From: a bacterium
GTDB lineage: Bacteria > Bacillota > Clostridia > Oscillospirales > Acutalibacteraceae
NCBI GenBank assembly: GCA_963652165.1
Contig: CAVJRM010000002.1
Location: 28,720 to 60,719, forward strand
Reading direction: 5' to 3'
Length of the DNA stretch: 32,000 nt
The notes under the pieces are model-generated. The model was given only the letters and a program-made list of their open reading frames with translations, was not told the DNA's origin and ran no database searches. A program made the position numbers and the translations under genes. This document shows positions 16,139 through 25,402 of this stretch, in pieces. Every line of letters begins with the position of its first letter. The stretch's first letter is position 1.

Positions 16139-16156
16139 TATGAAAGAATATTCAAA
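16139..16156. promoter_or_regulatory. Candidate ARG box (ArgR/AhrC operator) upstream of argC
   Basis: tatgaaagaatattcaaa matches TNTGAATWWWWATTCANW at 16/18 positions by my count. It lies 18 nt upstream of the -35. Confidence 0.45.
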
Positions 16157-16173
16157 ATAGCAAGATTTTTCCC

Positions 16174-16202
16174 TTGACTATCTATAATAAGGAATGTATA
16201 AT
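16174..16202 (+). promoter_or_regulatory. Promoter of the argCJBD operon
   Basis: TTGACT (16174-16179), 17-nt spacer, TATAAT (16197-16202). Confidence 0.65.
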
Positions 16203-16234
16203 GTGTGCATAATTTGCATATTGAGAGGTTTAAG

Positions 16235-17158
16235 ATGATCAAGGTGTTTATTGACGGCAGTGCCGGCACAACAGGTTTAAGAATAAACGACAGATTATCC
16301 GAAAGAGAAGATATAAAGCTTATTAAGCTCTCAGAAGAAAACAGAAAAGACGCAAGTGCAAGAAAAGAAGCTATTTTCAATGCAGATATTGCTTTTTTAT
16401 GTCTTCCCGATGCAGCTGCAGTTGAGGCTGTATCACTTGCAGAGAGCAGCAATACTGCGATTATAGATACATCCACAGCTCACAGAGTAAAGGATAACTG
16501 GGCTTATGGATTTCCGGAGCTTACAGGTCAAAGAGAAAAAATCAAGAATTCAAAAAGAATTGCTAACCCCGGATGCCATGCAAGCGGATTTATTTCACTT
16601 GTGGCTCCCTTGACGGAAAAAGGGATTATTCCAAAAGATTTATCTCTAACCTGTTTTTCGCTCACAGGTTACTCCGGCGGCGGAAAAAAGATGATTGCCG
16701 ATTATGAGGCAGAGGGCAGAGATGTTTTACTTGATGCGCCCAGAATGTACGGTGTTTCGCAAAGCCACAAGCATCTTCCGGAAATGTCAAAAATTTGCCA
16801 TTTAGATAATTCACCTATCTTTTGCCCGATTGTCGCCCCATATTACAGCGGAATGGAAGTTACCGTTCCTCTCTTTTCAAAAGATATAAAAGGTAATATA
16901 GAGGATATTAAAAATATATACAAAGAATATTATAACTCCGGTGTGGTAAAATTCGCCGATAATGATACCGAAAACGGATTTTTATCCGCAGGGGCGCTCA
17001 GCGGAAGAGATGATATGATTATCACCGTTTGCGGAAATGAAGACAGAATACTTTTAGTTTCCAGATTTGATAATTTAGGCAAAGGTGCATCCGGTGCCGC
17101 AATCCAAAATATGAATATACTTTTGGGAATAGATGAAAAAACAGGATTAAATATTTAA
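16235..17158 (+). CDS. argC: N-acetyl-gamma-glutamyl-phosphate reductase (short type-2 form)
   Basis: ATG 16235 after RBS GAGAGG (the track start 16205 is a GTG inside the promoter). MIKVFIDGSAGTTGLRI, and active-site Cys in IANPGCHASG. Confidence 0.92.
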   Translation: MIKVFIDGSAGTTGLRINDRLSEREDIKLIKLSEENRKDASARKEAIFNADIAFLCLPDAAAVEAVSLAESSNTAIIDTSTAHRVKDNWAYGFPELTGQREKIKNSKRIANPGCHASGFISLVAPLTEKGIIPKDLSLTCFSLTGYSGGGKKMIADYEAEGRDVLLDAPRMYGVSQSHKHLPEMSKICHLDNSPIFCPIVAPYYSGMEVTVPLFSKDIKGNIEDIKNIYKEYYNSGVVKFADNDTENGFLSAGALSGRDDMIITVCGNEDRILLVSRFDNLGKGASGAAIQNMNILLGIDEKTGLNI

Positions 17159-17171
17159 TGGAGGATATGAG

Positions 17172-18386
17172 ATGAAAGTTATTTCCGGCGGTGTGTGTGC
17201 CGCTAAAGGCTTTACCGCAGGCGGTATTCACTGCGGTATTCGTAAAAACAAAGAGAAAAGAGATTTATCAATTATTTACAGTGAAGTTCCGGGAGCTGCT
17301 GCTGCAACCTACACAACAAATCTTGTAAAAGGTGCTCCCCTTCTTGTAACAAAAAAACATATTTCAAACGGCTATGCACAGGCTATCATCTGTAACAGCG
17401 GTAACGCCAACACCTGCAACGCAAACGGCGTTGAAATTGCAGAGCAAATGTGTTCTTTACTTGCAGACGGAATTAAAATAAAAGCAGATGACATAATTGT
17501 TGCATCTACCGGCGTAATAGGTCAGCCTCTTGATATTGAGCCAATTGCTAAAGGTATGCCTGCCCTTATTTCTTCCCTTTCCGAAAGCGGAAGTGATGAC
17601 GCAGCCGAAGGAATTATGACTACCGATACAATCAAAAAGGAAATTGCCGTTGAATTTACAGCAGGAGGAAAGACCTGCAAAATCGGCGGTATCGCCAAGG
17701 GCAGCGGTATGATTCATCCCAATATGGCAACAATGCTTGTATTTATTACAACAGATGCCGCAATTTCCCCTGCTATGCTTCAAAAAGCACTTTCGGGAGA
17801 TATTAAAAATACATTTAATATGGTTTCCGTTGACGGTGACACTTCAACAAACGATATGGTAACCGTAATTGCCAACGGTATGGCAGGAAATGATATTATT
17901 GATAGCGAAAATGAAGATTACTTTGAATTTATGAAGGCTCTTAACACCGTTAATATGAACCTTTGCAGAATGATTGCCGGTGACGGTGAAGGCGCTACAA
18001 AGCTCCTTGAATGCAAGGTTACAGGTGCAAAAGACGAGGAAACAGCAAAAATCGTTGCAAAGAGTGTAATTTGTTCCTCACTTCTTAAAGCTGCCATGTT
18101 CGGAGCAGATGCAAACTGGGGCAGAGTTCTTTGCGCCATCGGTTACAGTGGAGCAGATGTTGACGTTAACAAAATTGACGTTTCGTTTAAGAGCAACAAA
18201 GGTGAAATCCCCGTTTGCGTAAACGGTGCGGGAATTGAATTTTCGGAAGAATTTGCAAAAGAAATTTTGCTTGAAAAAGAAATAGAAATACTTATCAGCT
18301 TAAAGAGCGGTGACGCCTGCTCAACTGCATGGGGCTGTGATTTAACCTATGACTATGTTAAAATCAACGGAGATTACCGCACCTGA
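17172..18386 (+). CDS. argJ: Bifunctional ornithine acetyltransferase / N-acetylglutamate synthase
   Basis: RBS GGAGGA. Autoprocessing site PNMATMLVFITTDA. C-terminal CDLTYDYVKINGDYRT. Confidence 0.95.
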   Translation: MKVISGGVCAAKGFTAGGIHCGIRKNKEKRDLSIIYSEVPGAAAATYTTNLVKGAPLLVTKKHISNGYAQAIICNSGNANTCNANGVEIAEQMCSLLADGIKIKADDIIVASTGVIGQPLDIEPIAKGMPALISSLSESGSDDAAEGIMTTDTIKKEIAVEFTAGGKTCKIGGIAKGSGMIHPNMATMLVFITTDAAISPAMLQKALSGDIKNTFNMVSVDGDTSTNDMVTVIANGMAGNDIIDSENEDYFEFMKALNTVNMNLCRMIAGDGEGATKLLECKVTGAKDEETAKIVAKSVICSSLLKAAMFGADANWGRVLCAIGYSGADVDVNKIDVSFKSNKGEIPVCVNGAGIEFSEEFAKEILLEKEIEILISLKSGDACSTAWGCDLTYDYVKINGDYRT

Positions 18387-18401
18387 TTTGGAGGAATAAA
18401 T

Positions 18402-19274
18402 ATGAGCGAAGAATATTCTACCTCAGAGAGAATTGAAGACATTATAAACGCCCTCCCCTATATCAAAAGATATACAGGAAAAATCGTTGTTGTGAAATAC
18501 GGCGGAAACGCTATGAAAAACGAAGACCTCAAGCAAAAAGTAATGCTTGATTTAGTTCTTCTTTGGACTATCGGTGTTAAAGTTGTTCTTGTTCACGGCG
18601 GCGGCCCTGAAATCAACGATATGATGTCAAAACTCGGAAAAAAATCCGAATTTGTTGACGGACTTCGCGTAACGGATAAAGAAACCGTTGATATAGTTCA
18701 AATGGTTCTTGCGGGTAAAGTTAATAAAACTCTTGTAAACTATCTTGAAGAAAAAGGTGCAAAAGCCATCGGCCTTTCCGGTATGGACGGCAGACTTATT
18801 GAAGCTGAAACAAAAGATGAGAAATTAGGCTATGTTGGCAACATCACCAAGATAAATGCTCAGCCTATTTTTGACCTGCTTGAAAAAGGATATATTCCCG
18901 TTATATCAACCCTCGGCTGTGATAAAGACGGCAACACTTACAACATCAACGGTGATACTGCCGCTGCTGAAATTGCGGGTGCTCTTAAAGCGGAAAGATT
19001 TATTCTTATGACCGATATTAACGGTGTACTTAAAGATAAAGACGATCCGTCAACTCTTATCCCCGAAATATCAAAGGATGAGGCAGAGAAATTTTATCAA
19101 GACGGCACAATTTCCGGCGGAATGATTCCAAAAGTAAGAAGCTGCTTTGACGCCATTGATGAGGGTGTAAAAAATGTGGTTATAATGAACGGCACCGTTC
19201 CCCATTCAATTCTTATTGAATTACTTACAAATGAAGGCTGCGGCACTATGTTCAGCGGAGGAAAAACTGAATGA
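18402..19274 (+). CDS. argB: Acetylglutamate kinase
   Basis: RBS GGAGGA. VVVKYGGNAM, VLVHGGGPEI and NINGDTAAAEIA motifs of the amino-acid kinase family. Confidence 0.95.
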   Translation: MSEEYSTSERIEDIINALPYIKRYTGKIVVVKYGGNAMKNEDLKQKVMLDLVLLWTIGVKVVLVHGGGPEINDMMSKLGKKSEFVDGLRVTDKETVDIVQMVLAGKVNKTLVNYLEEKGAKAIGLSGMDGRLIEAETKDEKLGYVGNITKINAQPIFDLLEKGYIPVISTLGCDKDGNTYNINGDTAAAEIAGALKAERFILMTDINGVLKDKDDPSTLIPEISKDEAEKFYQDGTISGGMIPKVRSCFDAIDEGVKNVVIMNGTVPHSILIELLTNEGCGTMFSGGKTE

Positions 19275-20434
19275 ATATAAGAGAAACAGATAAAACTTAT
19301 GTTGCCGGCACTTACAATCGTTTTCCCGTTGAAATAGTAAGTGGTAAAGGCTCAATAGTCAAAGATGTGAACGGAAAAGAATATATAGATATGGGCAGCG
19401 GAATAGGTGTTACATCTTTCGGCGTTGCCGATGATATTTGGCAAAAGGCCGTTATAGAGCAAATTTCAAAAGTACAGCATACTTCTAATTTATATTACAC
19501 CGCTCCCTGCGCAATTCTTGCCGAAAAACTCTGTGAAAAAACGGGAATGAAAAAAGTATTTTTTTCAAATTCCGGTGCTGAAGCAAATGAATGTGCAATT
19601 AAAGCTGCAAGAAAATATGCCGCTGAAAAGAAGGGCAAAGACTATTATACAATCATAACCCTTGTAAACAGTTTTCACGGCAGAACACTTACAACCCTTG
19701 CCGCAACAGGTCAAGACCATTTTCACGAGCTGTTTCAGCCCCTCACTCCCGGATTTGCCTATGTTGAAGCGGGAAATTTTGAGCAGTTAAAGAAAACAGC
19801 CGAAGAAACAAAAGCTGCGGGAATACTTATGGAATGTGTGCAGGGTGAAGGCGGTGTTCTTCCCCTTGATAAAGAATTTGTAGTAAAAGTTGCCGAATAT
19901 GCAAAAGAGAACGATATTATTCTTATGTTTGACGAGGTTCAAACAGGTAACGGCAGAAGCGGCAAATTTTATTCGTATATGAATTTCGGTGTTCAGCCTG
20001 ATGTGGTATCCACGGCAAAAGGACTTGCAGGTGGTTTGCCCCTCGGTGCAACAATTTTGGGTGAAAAAGTTGAAAACATTTTCGGCTATGGTGATAACGG
20101 CTCTACCTTTGGCGGTAACCCCGTAAGCTGTGCTGCGGCTATCAGCATAGTTGACAGAATTGACGATAAGCTCCTTAGTGAAGTTAAAGAAAAAAGTGAG
20201 TATATCTTTAAGGCTTTTGAAAATGTGGAAGGCGTTGAGAGCGTTGCGGGCATGGGCCTTATGATTGGCATTAAGACCATTAAACCCGCAGGTGAAATTG
20301 TTAAAGCCTGCATAGATAAAGGCGTGCTTTGCCTTACTGCGAAAGATAAGGTAAGACTTCTTCCTGCATTGAACATTCCCATGGATGTGCTCCAAAAGGC
20401 TGTTGAGATAATTAAAGAGGCTTGCAAAGCATAA
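19271..20434 (+). CDS. argD: Acetylornithine aminotransferase (class III PLP aminotransferase)
   Basis: 4-nt overlap with argB. SGAEANECAIKAAR, DEVQTG, and PLP-lysine in STAKGLAGGLP. Confidence 0.93.
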   Translation: MNIRETDKTYVAGTYNRFPVEIVSGKGSIVKDVNGKEYIDMGSGIGVTSFGVADDIWQKAVIEQISKVQHTSNLYYTAPCAILAEKLCEKTGMKKVFFSNSGAEANECAIKAARKYAAEKKGKDYYTIITLVNSFHGRTLTTLAATGQDHFHELFQPLTPGFAYVEAGNFEQLKKTAEETKAAGILMECVQGEGGVLPLDKEFVVKVAEYAKENDIILMFDEVQTGNGRSGKFYSYMNFGVQPDVVSTAKGLAGGLPLGATILGEKVENIFGYGDNGSTFGGNPVSCAAAISIVDRIDDKLLSEVKEKSEYIFKAFENVEGVESVAGMGLMIGIKTIKPAGEIVKACIDKGVLCLTAKDKVRLLPALNIPMDVLQKAVEIIKEACKA

Positions 20435-20454
20435 TAAAAATTGTATAAATTTTC

Positions 20455-20486
20455 ATACCTTCCCCTTTTTAGAGGAAGGTATTTTT
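20455..20486 (+). terminator. Rho-independent terminator of the arg operon
   Basis: ataccttcc (20455-20463) pairs with ggaaggtat (20474-20482), followed by TTTT. Confidence 0.75.
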
Positions 20487-20522
20487 GTTATATTTGTACA
20501 TTGTAATTTTTTTGAATTTCGG

Positions 20523-20591
20523 TATAATATAGTTAACATGTTAATTATTAACACATTTACTTTTAACACATTAACATTTAATTAGTTAACA
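20523..20591 (+). promoter_or_regulatory. marR promoter region with TTAACA repeat/palindrome operator candidates
   Basis: TATAAT at 20523-20528. Perfect palindrome ttaacatgttaa at 20533-20544. TTAACA recurs at 20533, 20548, 20563, 20571 and 20586, between the -10 and the RBS. Confidence 0.5.
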
Positions 20592-20605
20592 AAAGGAGTG
20601 ATACA

Positions 20606-21082
20606 ATGCAAAAGCCCAATAATATTCACAATTCAAGCCTTGTTGTTATGAACTTTATGCAGGTAGACAGGCTCCACCACACCTGCGTAGATGTTAAAAT
20701 AAACTCCATGGGTTTCGGAATACACCGAGCCCAGCACGGAATGCTTATGTTCCTTAACAGTCAAGGCGAAAATGTTTCTCAAAAAGACATTGCGGACTTT
20801 TTCAAAATCAGCCCTGCGGCAGTGGCAAATGCAATGAAATCTCTTGAAAGCGGAGGCTTTATAAAAAGAAAGCCCGATAAGACCGACACCAGAAGAAATA
20901 TAGTTAAAATAACGGAAAAGGGAAAAGATGTTATTGACAAGTCAAGCGAAATTTTCTCATCCATTGACAAAGCAATGATAAAAGGTTTATCCGATGACGA
21001 GCTTAAAATTTTCCGAAAATGTCTTGACACAATGGCTGAAAACCTTAAAGACGAAATTAATGGCAAGGAGGAACGAAAATGA
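20606..21082 (+). CDS. MarR-family transcriptional regulator
   Basis: RBS AAGGAG. Winged-helix segment SQKDIADFFKISPAAVANAMKSLESGGFIKRKPDKTDTRRNIVKITEKG. Confidence 0.88.
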   Translation: MQKPNNIHNSSLVVMNFMQVDRLHHTCVDVKINSMGFGIHRAQHGMLMFLNSQGENVSQKDIADFFKISPAAVANAMKSLESGGFIKRKPDKTDTRRNIVKITEKGKDVIDKSSEIFSSIDKAMIKGLSDDELKIFRKCLDTMAENLKDEINGKEERK

Positions 21083-22869
21083 AAAGATGGTCAAAATATA
21101 TTAAGCCCTATCTCCCCTATTTCATACTTGGCCCTCTGTGTATGATAGTGGAAGTTATAGGTGAAATCATAATGCCGAAATTTCTTGCGGACATTATAGA
21201 CTACGGTGCGGGAGATGCGGATATAACCGAGGCAAATGTTTTAATTCAAAAAATTTATGAAATTTGCAACGGCAAGTCCCCCTTCATTATCGCCATAATG
21301 TGCTGCATGATTGCAACGGCAATTTTAATGCTTATAGGCGGTGTAGGCGGTGCTTATTTCGGAGCTAAGGCATCCGTTAACTTTGCAACCGATCTTCGCT
21401 ACGATATATACAAAAAAGTACAGGAATTTTCTTTTGCAAATATCGATAAATTCAGCTCCGGTTCACTTGTAACCAGACTTACAAACGATGTTACACAGAT
21501 GCAAAACTTTATAAACATTCTTTTAAGAATGTGCCTTAGAGCACCCGGAATGTTAATCGGCGGTATATTTATGGCAATACTTGTAAGCCCCTCATTAACA
21601 ACCTGTTTGCTTATAGCATTGCCCATTCTTGTGGTAGCTGTAATTTACTTTATTAAAGTTGCATTGCCGAGATTTACAAAGCAACAAACAAAAATAGATG
21701 CTCTTAACTCAACGGTACAGGAAAATGTTACAAACATAAGAGTTGTAAAATCTTTTGTACGTGAAGAACATGAGAAAAAGAAATTCAGCAAAGCAAACTC
21801 TGCATTAAAATCAAGTGCAGTTGACGCCATGAAAACAATGATTCTTATGCAGCCCGCAATGACTCTTGTTATGAACGGCACAATAATCGCAATACTTTGG
21901 TTCGGCGGTAATATGCTTGTAAAGGGTACTCTTACAACCGGTGCGCTTACTGCATTTATTACATACATTACTCAAATTCTTATGTCACTTATTATGATGA
22001 CAATGATTTTCATCAACCTTTCAAGAGCCCTTGCATCTTCAAAGAGAATAAGAGAAGTGCTTGATGAAGAAATTGATATAAAAGACAATGAATCTGAAAG
22101 TGCTGCTGAAAATGAAGTTACAAAGGGTGACATTGAATTCAAAAATGTTACATTCCGTTACTACAAAGACAGTGACGGAAAGGTGCTTGATAACATCAAT
22201 CTTAAAATCAATGCCGGTGAAACCATAGGAATTATCGGCTCCACAGGCTCCGGCAAATCCACCCTTGTTTCTCTTATTGCAAGGCTTTATGATGCCGATG
22301 AAGGTGAAGTTCTTGTTGACGGCGTAAATGTTAAAGATTATAAAATTCACAAACTTCGTGACGGCATTGGTTTTGTGCTTCAAAAGAATGTTCTTTTCTC
22401 CGGTACTATTGAAGATAATCTTCGCTGGGGCAATCAAAATGCAAGTGAGGAAGAAATCAAGCAAATGTCAAGCTATGCTCAGGCTGATAACTTTATTTCT
22501 TCCTTTAATGACGGTTATCAAACCATTCTTGACCAGGGTGGCACAAATGTTTCCGGTGGTCAAAAGCAGAGAATTTGTATTGCAAGAGCATTACTTAAAA
22601 AGCCTAAAATTCTTGTGCTTGATGACTCCACAAGCGCAGTTGATACAGCAACAGAAGCAAGAATCCGTGAGGCTTTTGCCACAGAGCTAAAAGGCTCTAC
22701 AAAAATTATAATTGCTCAAAGAATTTCATCCGTAAAGGATGCAGATAAAATTGTAGTACTTAATGACGGTGAAATCACAGGAATGGGCACTCATGATGAC
22801 CTTCTTGCAAATAACACCGAGTATCAGGAAATTTATTATTCACAAATGGAAAGAAAGGAGGATGCATAA
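21079..22869 (+). CDS. ABC exporter fused permease/ATPase, degenerate-site subunit of a heterodimer
   Basis: ATGA overlap with marR. Six-TM domain. Walker A GSTGSGKST and signature VSGGQKQR. Walker B is ILVLDDSTSAVD (Asp in place of the catalytic Glu) and the H-loop is IIAQRIS (Gln in place of His). Confidence 0.92.
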   Translation: MKRWSKYIKPYLPYFILGPLCMIVEVIGEIIMPKFLADIIDYGAGDADITEANVLIQKIYEICNGKSPFIIAIMCCMIATAILMLIGGVGGAYFGAKASVNFATDLRYDIYKKVQEFSFANIDKFSSGSLVTRLTNDVTQMQNFINILLRMCLRAPGMLIGGIFMAILVSPSLTTCLLIALPILVVAVIYFIKVALPRFTKQQTKIDALNSTVQENVTNIRVVKSFVREEHEKKKFSKANSALKSSAVDAMKTMILMQPAMTLVMNGTIIAILWFGGNMLVKGTLTTGALTAFITYITQILMSLIMMTMIFINLSRALASSKRIREVLDEEIDIKDNESESAAENEVTKGDIEFKNVTFRYYKDSDGKVLDNINLKINAGETIGIIGSTGSGKSTLVSLIARLYDADEGEVLVDGVNVKDYKIHKLRDGIGFVLQKNVLFSGTIEDNLRWGNQNASEEEIKQMSSYAQADNFISSFNDGYQTILDQGGTNVSGGQKQRICIARALLKKPKILVLDDSTSAVDTATEARIREAFATELKGSTKIIIAQRISSVKDADKIVVLNDGEITGMGTHDDLLANNTEYQEIYYSQMERKEDA

Positions 22870-24746
22870 TGGCAGGTAGAAGCTTAGAAGAATTGCAAAA
22901 AAGATATAACAATTCACCTTCATCTAAAAAAGGCCCCGGCTTCGGCCCTCCGGGCAGGCCTCCCAGAAGAGGCCCCGGCGGTCCTAAGGGTAAACCCGGC
23001 CACGCCAAAGAAACAGTAAAAAGGCTTTGGTCATATATATCCTGCTTCAAGCTCAGATTATTCTTTGTAATTCTCTGTATGCTTTGCAGCACCCTTACCT
23101 CTCTTGTAGGCTCATATATAATGAGACCTGTTATAAATAATCTTGTTGACGCCGGCACAACGGCAGAGGAAAAAATTAAAGATCTTGCATCAATCCTTGT
23201 GCTAATGGCTTTAATTTACCTTGTAGGAATTGCAACCACCTATTTACAGGGCAGGCTTATGCTTACGGTTTCAACGAGTGCATCGGAAAAGCTCAGAAAC
23301 GACCTTTTCAACAAGCTTGAAAGCCTACCAATCAGATTTTTTGACAGAGAATCAACGGGCGGAATAATGTCAAGATTCACAAACGATATTGATAACATAG
23401 ACAATATGATGAATCAAACTATTACTCAGCTTGTTTCAGGCACAATAACTCTTATAGGCACATTTTGCCTTATGGTTTACACAAACAGATGGCTTACCCT
23501 TGTAACAGTTGCTTTTGTTCCCCTACTTCTTCTCGGCGGTCAATATGTGGCAAAGCACTCCGAAAAATATTACACGGCACAGCAAGCTGCTTTGGGTGCG
23601 GTAAACGGCTACATTGAAGAAAGTGTATCCGGTCAAAAGGTTGTAAAAGTATTCAATCACGAAAACACCTGTATAGATGAATTTGAGCAGCTTAACAATG
23701 ATATGAGAGCAAAGCAAATGGGCGCTCAATTCTACGGCGGTGTTATGGGCCCTGTAATGGGAAACATAACTCAAATATGCTACGGCGTTACGGCAGGTGT
23801 AGGCGGACTTCTTTGCCTGCTTAAAGGCTTTGATGTGGGCGGAGTTTCAATATTCGTAAACTATTCAAGGCAGTTCAGCCAGCCTATAAATATGATTTCA
23901 CAGCAAACTTCTTTAATCTTTGCGGCTCTTGCAGGTGCAGAAAGAGTTTTTGCAATAATGGATGCAGAGCCTGAAGATTTGTATGATGAGGTTAAAGCAG
24001 AGCCTGAAAAAATTGAAGGTTATGTAGAGCTTAAAGATGTTACATTCGGCTATGTTCCGGAAAAAACAGTGCTTAAACACATCACTCTTAAAGCTGAGCC
24101 GGGCAAAAAAGTTGCATTCGTCGGCTCAACGGGTGCAGGCAAAACCACTATAACAAATCTTATTAACAGATTTTACGATATTGACAGCGGTGAAATTACA
24201 GTTGACGGAATCAATATAAAAGATATGAACCGTGATTTTCTGAGAAAGAATATTGCAATGGTGCTTCAAGATACTCATCTGTTTACAGGCACGGTTATGG
24301 AAAACATAAGATACGGCAGACCCGATGCAACAGATGATGAAGTAATTGCAGCTGCAAAAACAGCAAGCGCTCACAGCTTTATTATGAGGCTTTCAAAAGG
24401 CTATGATACTGTTATTGAGGGCGATGGTGCAAACCTTTCACAAGGTCAAAGGCAGCTGTTAAACATAGCAAGAGCCGCTCTTTCAAAGGCACCTATTCTT
24501 GTGCTTGATGAGGCTACAAGCTCTGTTGATACAAGAACAGAAAAACACATTGAGCACGGCATGGACAGGCTAATGAAAAACCGTACCACTTTTGTAATTG
24601 CTCACAGGCTTTCAACGGTTAGAAATTCAGATGAAATTATGGTGCTTGAGCAGGGAGAAATCATTGAACGAGGCAGCCATGATGAGCTTCTGAAACTCGG
24701 CGGCAGATATTACGAACTATACACAGGCAAGAAAGAACTTGACTGA
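22869..24746 (+). CDS. ABC exporter fused permease/ATPase, consensus-site subunit of the heterodimer
   Basis: Start overlaps the upstream stop (taATG). Pro/Gly-rich N-terminus GPGFGPPGRPPRRGPGGPKGKPG. Walker A GSTGAGKTT, signature LSQGQRQ, Walker B ILVLDEATSSVD, H-loop VIAHRLS. Confidence 0.92.
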   Translation: MAGRSLEELQKRYNNSPSSKKGPGFGPPGRPPRRGPGGPKGKPGHAKETVKRLWSYISCFKLRLFFVILCMLCSTLTSLVGSYIMRPVINNLVDAGTTAEEKIKDLASILVLMALIYLVGIATTYLQGRLMLTVSTSASEKLRNDLFNKLESLPIRFFDRESTGGIMSRFTNDIDNIDNMMNQTITQLVSGTITLIGTFCLMVYTNRWLTLVTVAFVPLLLLGGQYVAKHSEKYYTAQQAALGAVNGYIEESVSGQKVVKVFNHENTCIDEFEQLNNDMRAKQMGAQFYGGVMGPVMGNITQICYGVTAGVGGLLCLLKGFDVGGVSIFVNYSRQFSQPINMISQQTSLIFAALAGAERVFAIMDAEPEDLYDEVKAEPEKIEGYVELKDVTFGYVPEKTVLKHITLKAEPGKKVAFVGSTGAGKTTITNLINRFYDIDSGEITVDGINIKDMNRDFLRKNIAMVLQDTHLFTGTVMENIRYGRPDATDDEVIAAAKTASAHSFIMRLSKGYDTVIEGDGANLSQGQRQLLNIARAALSKAPILVLDEATSSVDTRTEKHIEHGMDRLMKNRTTFVIAHRLSTVRNSDEIMVLEQGEIIERGSHDELLKLGGRYYELYTGKKELD

Positions 24747-24755
24747 GATATAAAA

Positions 24756-24789
24756 AATCCTCCTGAGGTTTTATCCAAAGGAGGATTTT
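24756..24789. terminator. Bidirectional terminator between the ABC operon and the convergent 176-aa gene
   Basis: aatcctcct (24756-24764) pairs with aggaggatt (24779-24787). An A-run lies upstream and a T-run downstream. Confidence 0.7.
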
Positions 24790-24871
24790 ATAATTCTTTG
24801 AATCTGTTTAAAAAATGCCAAACTTAATATATGAGCGAAGAGGTAATTTTCATTTTTTTGCAAATAGCTCT

Positions 24872-25402
24872 TCAATTATGATAATATCCGCATATAAATC
24901 TATCTGCATTTATGTAATAATCCAAAGATTTATAAACTACGGGATTTGACGCTTTATTGCTTTTATTATAAACCTTAATCCCATCGGGGATTTTTTCTAT
25001 TGCAACGGTATGAAGCCCATGGAAAATATTATTTGCATTCCAAAAAGAAATTATTCCATACTTTTTTGTTTCAAACGTATTTCTGAATTTGTAAAAATTA
25101 TTTTCTTTAAACACTGAAATATTATTATCTTTAAAATATTTTTTTAGTGCTTGTGGTACTGTTCCGAAAAGTCCCATAATTGCATTACCGTATGGATAAA
25201 TTTCTTTTGCAACATCACAAAGTGGTGTAGGAATGCCTAAAAGCTGCCTAAAATTATAAACAGCAATTACTTCGCAGCCATTATATGACATAGGAAACAA
25301 TCCGTATCTGCATTTTGCAAGATTACCTACGCCTTGGCCATTAAGAGTTTTTTCCTCAAGAATGATATTTTTATTATGTTTATAGTTAAGTTTTTCAATC
25401 AT
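24872..25402 (-). CDS. Hypothetical cytoplasmic protein, possible papain-fold (C39-like) cysteine peptidase, 176 aa
   Basis: ATGA overlap with the upstream mreB-like gene. Candidate Cys in MSYNGCEVIAVYNF and candidate His in NIFHGLHTVAIE, in the order and context typical of C39-like/BtrH-like domains (recollection). No signal peptide. Confidence 0.6.
   Translation of the reverse strand: MIEKLNYKHNKNIILEEKTLNGQGVGNLAKCRYGLFPMSYNGCEVIAVYNFRQLLGIPTPLCDVAKEIYPYGNAIMGLFGTVPQALKKYFKDNNISVFKENNFYKFRNTFETKKYGIISFWNANNIFHGLHTVAIEKIPDGIKVYNKSNKASNPVVYKSLDYYINADRFICGYYHN

Noticed and set aside
16202-16219. Second full ARG box overlapping the argC -10 region
   Set aside because: The 5' half fits (TGTGCATAATT), but the 3' half-site is shifted by one base relative to the 18-bp consensus. 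Kept only as a remark, not as a feature.
19787-20427. Minus-strand ORFs of 202 and 113 aa inside argD
   Set aside because: They are antisense to a well-supported aminotransferase frame, with no RBS and no recognisable motifs.
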